Positions 60,801 through 64,000 of a stretch of DNA of 64,000 nt are shown here, piece after piece. Source of the stretch: Saccostrea echinata (Eukaryota); contig NW_026889796.1 in NCBI RefSeq assembly GCF_033153115.1, positions 8,494,001 to 8,558,000 on the forward strand, in the 5' to 3' direction. Numbering within the stretch: the stretch's first letter is position 1; the number at the start of each line of letters is the position of its first letter. The notes beneath the pieces are model-generated. The model made no database searches. It saw nothing but the letters and a program-made list of their open reading frames with translations, and was not told where the DNA came from. Made by a program: the position numbers and the translations under genes.

Positions 60801-61585
60801 GATTGGTTATAATGTTGTTATGTGCGAATGTTTACAGTGGATGGCACGTGGGGAGTTTGGGGACCCTGGGCACCATGCTCGAAGACCTGTGGGGGTGGGA
60901 AACAACATCGTGAGAGAAAGTGCGACGACCCCGCCCCCGCTCATGGCGGCAGCGACTGTACAGGGGACTCTACACAGCTAGACGACTGCAATACTATTCT
61001 ATGTCCTTTGCCCTCATCGGGTCAATATGTGCAAGTAAGTATATTAAAAATTATTCACCAGTTTATTGTCATAAAGATATAACCATGTTGAGGCATCCAA
61101 TCTTAGTAGTGTGTTGTTCACGGTTTTCAATTTTTTTCATTTGACAAAATGGGCACACATAAGTTGTACTTGTCATTTTTTATAGAAATGCCCAAAGTTG
61201 TACCTGTCATTTTTTATAGAAATGCCCAAGGGGCTGGTTTACCTGTAAGAGTGGTGGCATCACCTGTATCGATGAATCGTTCAAGTGCGATTGTACTAAC
61301 GACTGCGACGACGGAAGTGACGAAGAAATTGCGTATGCTTCATGTACCATATCACAAATGCAGGGCTGTCAAAGTGGAACTGGTATTTTTTTCTTCTTTT
61401 TTTGTAACTGAAATAAACATTGGTATTTAATAGCATTGATAAAAAATTTCGTTATTTATTTTATATCCATGGTAGATTTGACTTGAATCTAATTAATTTT
61501 CAAAATAAAATTTACAGATCATGTGAAAATATCATGGTGGGTTCTGCTGCTGACGGTCTCCGTTGGACTTCTTGTACTGCATTAA
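14052..61585 (+). CDS. Gene 2 (span of ~88 coding exons): giant GPI-anchored Ly6/uPAR-TSP1-CBM14-LDLa repeat protein, about 3,858 aa
   Basis: Hand-assembled GT-AG exons all join in frame (sum 11,577 nt). Architecture: SP - 25x[LU(12 Cys, CCxxxxCN)-TSR] with 7 CBM14 - 2 TSR - LDLa - GPI-type tail. Whether all exons are used in one transcript is not shown by the sequence. Confidence 0.8.
14193..14214. promoter_or_regulatory. Overlapping NF-kB-like and STAT(GAS)-like motifs in gene 2 intron 1
   Basis: GGAAATTTCC (14193-14202), TTCCCGGAA (14199-14207) and GGAATTTTTCC (14204-14214). Motif match only. Confidence 0.3.
16219..16558 (-). mobile_element. tRNA-derived SINE, second family (different head, same core and tail)
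   Basis: 14-bp TSD ATGACGTTTTATGA at 16205-16218 and 16559-16572. Minus-strand head CCGTAGCTCAGTCGGTAGAGCG...GTGAGTTCG, shared core CCTTCGGATGAGACC..AAAAACCGAGG and (CAAT)n tail. Confidence 0.85.
18093..18596 (+). pseudogene. Dead CBM14 exon (pseudo-exon) of gene 2, split by a SINE
   Basis: DYQSLSTCNRFIKCSNPRLYDFKCPGSNVWDDK is homologous to the 20019 exon and continues after the SINE (TGTAAATGG...AAACCAG). The acceptor AG is lost, there is a frameshift, and the donor is mutated (CCAG|ATATAA vs CCAG|GTATAA). Confidence 0.8.
18237..18540 (-). mobile_element. tRNA-derived SINE nearly identical to the 8698 copy
   Basis: Near-identical sequence, with an imperfect TSD AAATTTAACTATGT (18223-18236) / AATTCAAACTATGT (18541-18554). 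Confidence 0.9.
18731..18815. repeat. (AT)n microsatellite
   Basis: About 42 uninterrupted AT units. Confidence 0.95.
18967..20198 (+). CDS. Gene 2 first module: LU (exons 18967-19049, 19279-19420), TSR (19558-19725), CBM14 (20019-20198)
   Basis: LU: RCYTCSYGKKNSDCTKIETCKKDEE|SCETKIRRDKDEIKMKCRKTKDCKTKCLPNDKECTRCCTGDLCN. TSR: WGQWSSCSEPCGGGKRSRSRQC. CBM14: CVKDCKGRKNGDYQSCSTCNGFIKCSNSKLHNFKCPGSTVWDDKSKRCEWTSTTC. Splice sites are canonical. Confidence 0.85.
20701..24096 (+). CDS. Gene 2 LU-TSR modules 2-3 (exons 20701-20783, 21007-21148, 21284-21448, 22146-22228, 23673-23814, 23932-24096)
   Basis: Same 83/142/165-nt exon triplet with GT-AG boundaries and phases 1-0-1-1. Introns have diverged from the downstream array. 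Confidence 0.85.
22450..23610. mobile_element. ~1.15-kb insertion (probable HINE/Helentron-type element) in an LU intron
   Basis: The paralogous intron motif AGTCCAG.TAAAA...AAGAA(A)GTTGGT..ATGAGCAGATG is split by this block. It has diverged internal repeats (CATGCATGT, AGCCAATCA, TTTTAAATTTCAAAGTA) and a terminal GTTC..AAACTT.GGGAAC hairpin. Confidence 0.6.
24613..44483 (+). repeat. Tandem array of ~6.5 copies of a ~3.02-3.05-kb, 7-exon LU-TSR-LU-TSR-CBM14 cassette (960 coding nt, 320 aa per unit)
   Basis: Unit starts at 24613, 27664, 30714, 33762, 36811, 39833 and 42856 (partial). CBM14 exons start at 27196, 30246, 33294, 36343, 39365 and 42388. Exons and introns are nearly identical between units. 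Unit 1 exons: 24613-24695, 24873-25014, 25136-25300, 25723-25805, 26102-26243, 26370-26534, 27196-27375. Confidence 0.95.
44559..60171 (+). CDS. Gene 2: TSR 17 plus eight older, diverged LU-TSR modules (18-25)
   Basis: Exons 44559-44723; 44821-44909/45072-45195/45799-45945; 46515-46603/49917-50040/50317-50463; 50817-50902/51181-51322/52504-52698; 52842-52927/53238-53361/54422-54568; 54956-55041/55397-55538/55965-56123; 56241-56323/56801-56936/57272-57406; 57835-57929/58151-58286/58407-58550; 59037-59122/59330-59459/60025-60171. Each LU keeps CxxC...CCxxxxCN. Confidence 0.85.
46620..46910. repeat. Degenerate ~22-bp minisatellite just after a splice donor
   Basis: Units resemble GTACA.T(G/A)AGGACGAAATGTA(A/T). 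Confidence 0.6.
47742..47983 (-). mobile_element. MITE with 5-bp TSD AATTG (same family as 53539)
   Basis: CATCGCCGTAGGAACCGGGG...GGCCTG flanked by AATTG at 47737-47741 and 47984-47988. It is the reverse complement of the 53539 element. Confidence 0.8.
49424..49458 (+). mobile_element. Helitron-like 3' terminal hairpin
   Basis: Perfect 10-bp GC-rich stem TGCCTGACGC-acgtg-GCGTCAGGCA followed by AAAAAACTAC (degenerate CTRR). Confidence 0.4.
49663..49780 (+). mobile_element. Short 3' fragment of the Penelope-like element
   Basis: CCTCCATGGCACCTGATCCCACCTCTGATGTTTTGGAGGCCCGTGTTTGCTCTGCTCC matches the reverse complement of 10808-10866. Confidence 0.65.
51450..52260. mobile_element. MITE remnant (ending GACGCCTATG at 51689) followed by a degenerate HINE/satellite remnant
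   Basis: G/C homopolymer-rich segment with the same terminus as 55641-55817. AAAATCTTCTCAAGAAC and GGGGAT.AAAG motifs of the 8061 satellite follow. Confidence 0.45.
53330..54215 (+). repeat. ~52-bp minisatellite derived from an exon 3' end and donor site, interrupted by a MITE
   Basis: The unit TGTTGTTCATCTACTGG.TGTAATAAAGGT(A/G)TGTATTAATGATCAACACC repeats the last codons (CCSSTGCNK) and donor of exon 53238-53361, decaying downstream. Confidence 0.75.
53539..53762 (+). mobile_element. MITE with 5-bp TSD ATTAA
   Basis: TIR CAGGCCCGTAGGAA / TTCCTACGGCCATG, with ATTAA at 53534-53538 and 53763-53767. Confidence 0.85.
55641..55817. mobile_element. MITE with CATAGGCGTC / GACGCCTATG termini
   Basis: Perfect 10-bp TIR, G/C homopolymer-rich interior, imperfect flanking CCTTA/CTTTA. 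Confidence 0.75.
58682..58990 (-). mobile_element. Old, degenerate copy of the SINE family
   Basis: (GTT/GGTT)n tail, GTCCCTTCGAGAAT.TTTTACTCA, GTGAGGGAT, CCGAAGGACC and ACGCTCTACC.ACTGCACCA. Confidence 0.65.
60510..61034 (+). CDS. Gene 2: two hemicentin/properdin-style TSR exons (60510-60698, 60838-61034)
   Basis: [43 protein letters not shown] and VDGTWGVWGPWAPCSKTCGGGKQHRERKCDDPAPAHGGSDCTG. Confidence 0.9.
61161..61228 (+). repeat. 34-bp tandem duplication spanning the LDLa-exon splice acceptor
   Basis: AAGTTGTAC(T/C)TGTCATTTTTTATAGAAATGCCCA at 61161-61194 and 61195-61228, one mismatch. Confidence 0.9.
61220..61382 (+). CDS. Gene 2: LDL-receptor class A domain exon
   Basis: KCPRGWFTCKSGGITCIDESFKCDCTNDCDDGSDEEIAYASC... 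contains the DCxDGSDE Ca2+-binding motif. The phase-0 acceptor at 61219 fits the preceding exon. Confidence 0.85.
61518..61585 (+). CDS. Gene 2 last coding exon: GPI-anchor-type hydrophobic C-terminus
   Basis: ...CQSGT|DHVKISWWVLLLTVSVGLLVLH-stop: small residues (S,G), a short spacer, a hydrophobic tail and no cytoplasmic part. AATAAA at 61647 and 61935. Confidence 0.8.
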
Positions 61586-61989
61586 AATCAACACAAAAAT
61601 ATTTAAAATGGAAAGGCAAATAACTGTAAAAATCCTGAGTGCTTTTAATAAAGGCCAAATTGCGATACATATATATGATTTCTGATTTGGAGCTCAGCAT
61701 GTCTTGTTTTTTCGGAGTTTCTTGACAAGGCGGGCCGGGGAAGGGAAATGGATTTACGAAAACAAGTTTTGAAAACATCATCAACGTCCTCTCGAAATCA
61801 ATGTCATATTTGTTAAGCACGTATCATTTATAAGACATAAATGATATTAAACTATTGAAGTCTAGTAAACTGATCAGGACATATTAATTTGAATGTTTCA
61901 GTATTTGATTTAATTTGAACATATTTTATTATGTAATAAAACATAAATGGATTGGGCAGCAGGCTTTGCCTATATAAGCCCATATGTTT

Positions 61990-62250
61990 TAGTATTGTGT
62001 CATAATGTAACTATTATGACTGATATGTAATAATGTAACAGGATTGTTTTTCATAATAGAATAGGTTTGTTATGTCATATTGAACAGTTGCTTGGATTTT
62101 TATGTCATTATGTAACAGGATTGTTATGTCATGATGTAATGATATGCCATAACGTAACAGATAAGACTGTTGTGTCATTATGTAACAGTGAGAATTATTA
62201 TGTCATAATGTACATGTAACAGTTAGAATGGTTATGTAATAATGTAACAG
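61990..62250. repeat. Degenerate ~24-bp minisatellite
   Basis: Repeated TATGTCATTATGTAACAGGATTGT-like units. Confidence 0.7.
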
Positions 62251-64000
62251 GGCTGGGCACAAGCTCTTGACACATCGTCCCTCCTTGATGTGTTGTTTTG
62301 TTATTTTTTTTAAGGTAAACTTTTTCAACAATTTCCTTTATCTTTTGGTTATCCTTTACCTGTATATTTTTTAAAGAACACCGCTTATGACAATTTAAGG
62401 TGACAAAATATACCCCTCCCCCCCCCCCCATTGAAACGGGAGGATATCATACTTTGTTGAATGCTCGTCTGTCTTTCACAGGTAGATTGACACCTTCCAT
62501 TGAAATGAACTAAAACTTTATTAAGTTTTGGATCATGATATAAAAGGATAACATGATCGGAATTCATTTTGACAGATTTAGTTTGGGTAAAATTATTGAA
62601 GCTGTTTTTAAATGGAATAAATTCAACCATTAGAATACTGTCGCTCATAAGGGTGTGTCAAATAAGGCGTCAATACTATATCGCATAGTTATTTAAAAGT
62701 TGTCTGCTCAATAACTTAAGTACATGTACTTTTATTGGAATAACTTCTATTCTACCCATAACCAAATAATTCTCAACTGATTAAATGACACATCAAATAA
62801 AAAAAAAAATGAAATTGGGGTGAGTTTAAAATCATGTCGAAATTCTTGCATGGGTTGTATTCTGTAGAAAAAAAATATATGATTTAAGATTTAGCAGGTT
62901 CTTGGGGATAAAAATACAAACTAAATTCTCTACCCTTCAACCACACCCAAACTGTACATTGGAAGGTATAATTAATTTTAAAAAAAATGTTCTTTTTTAA
63001 AATCCTAATTCGAGTAGAATTTGAATTCCTACTTGAGAAAATGGTAAATTGAACGGAATTTATAAAATTCATTTAATTTTAAGCTATATGTCCAGTTATT
63101 TAGTTCTATTTTATCTATAATTGGAATATATTTGCCTTATAGTTCATAGAATTTGACAAAAACGCACATACTTGCATCTTTTAAGGCTTTATTTTGTCCA
63201 CGGAGGATAAAATGTACGATATGTACCCGTAAGTAAAAATTTTGTATAATACTATATTACTCCAGTTAAAAGTATTTGAAACATAATTTCAAAAGCTGAC
63301 ATAAAACATGAAACAAAGAGGAATGAATAAATAAAATATATTTTTTTAAAGTTTTATTTTCTGCGTTGGTGATTTCAATTTCTGGAGACATAATCAACCG
63401 TGATTATTGCGTATTGAGTTCATGGCTATTTCTCTCCTTGCACCATAATGTTGAAATCCTTTAATCGTTAAAATATAAGTAATACAGGCCTAAATTGGGC
63501 CATGATAGACACTTTTAATTTGAAAAATAAATGATACAGTGCGAATAATGAGTCCTCAAATAGGATAAACACATGCTAAAGGTTTAACCCGGTGACACGC
63601 CAAAAGTCAAAGGGCCAAAAAATTATAATTCTAATCTTCTTATTCGAATAATTGTCTTTTGTGTTTTCTTTTTGGAATGACGTACCTTAAATATTATGCT
63701 CTAGACCAAATGAAAACATCAAAGTAGTTTTAGGAAAATTGCCAACCATTAAGGCTACAAGTACCGAAGCAAAACCTATAGTCATATCTTTCGATCAATT
63801 TAGGGCTTCAAAAACATATTTAATTTTGATGTCAGTTTTTTTTTTTAATTAGCGCACCATTTCATCCATTCGCTAATTTAAAAAAAATGTTATAATGGAG
63901 TCGTATCCATTTTTATATGTATATACACTATCTTATCTTAATATACTTGTATTTTCGAAACCATCATTTACTATTTTCATATCACACTAGTGCTTTAGCT

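Overview
AT-rich, intron-rich animal genomic DNA. The repeat families (satellite-bearing Helentron-associated/HINE-like elements, tRNA-derived SINEs, Penelope-like RT) suggest an oyster or related bivalve; this is an inference, not a database result. Two + strand genes can be built by hand from GT-AG exons. Gene 1 (2188-4156) has two coding exons and encodes about 540 aa: a USP4/11/15-type DUSP-UBL module, a coiled coil and a C-terminal KCTD-type BTB domain, with no protease domain. Gene 2 (14052-61585) is a giant gene the ORF track shows only as fragments. It has about 88 coding exons and 11,577 coding nt (about 3,858 aa if all exons are used). It encodes a signal peptide, 25 twelve-Cys Ly6/uPAR (three-finger-like) domains each followed by a thrombospondin type-1 repeat (TSR), 7 interspersed chitin-binding CBM14-like domains, 2 further TSRs, an LDL-receptor class A domain and a GPI-type C-terminal signal. 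Its middle is a very recent tandem amplification (about 6.5 near-identical copies, about 3.05 kb each) of a 7-exon LU-TSR-LU-TSR-CBM14 cassette. Between the genes lies a nested transposon cluster (about 8-13.8 kb), and the introns hold SINEs, MITEs and minisatellites.
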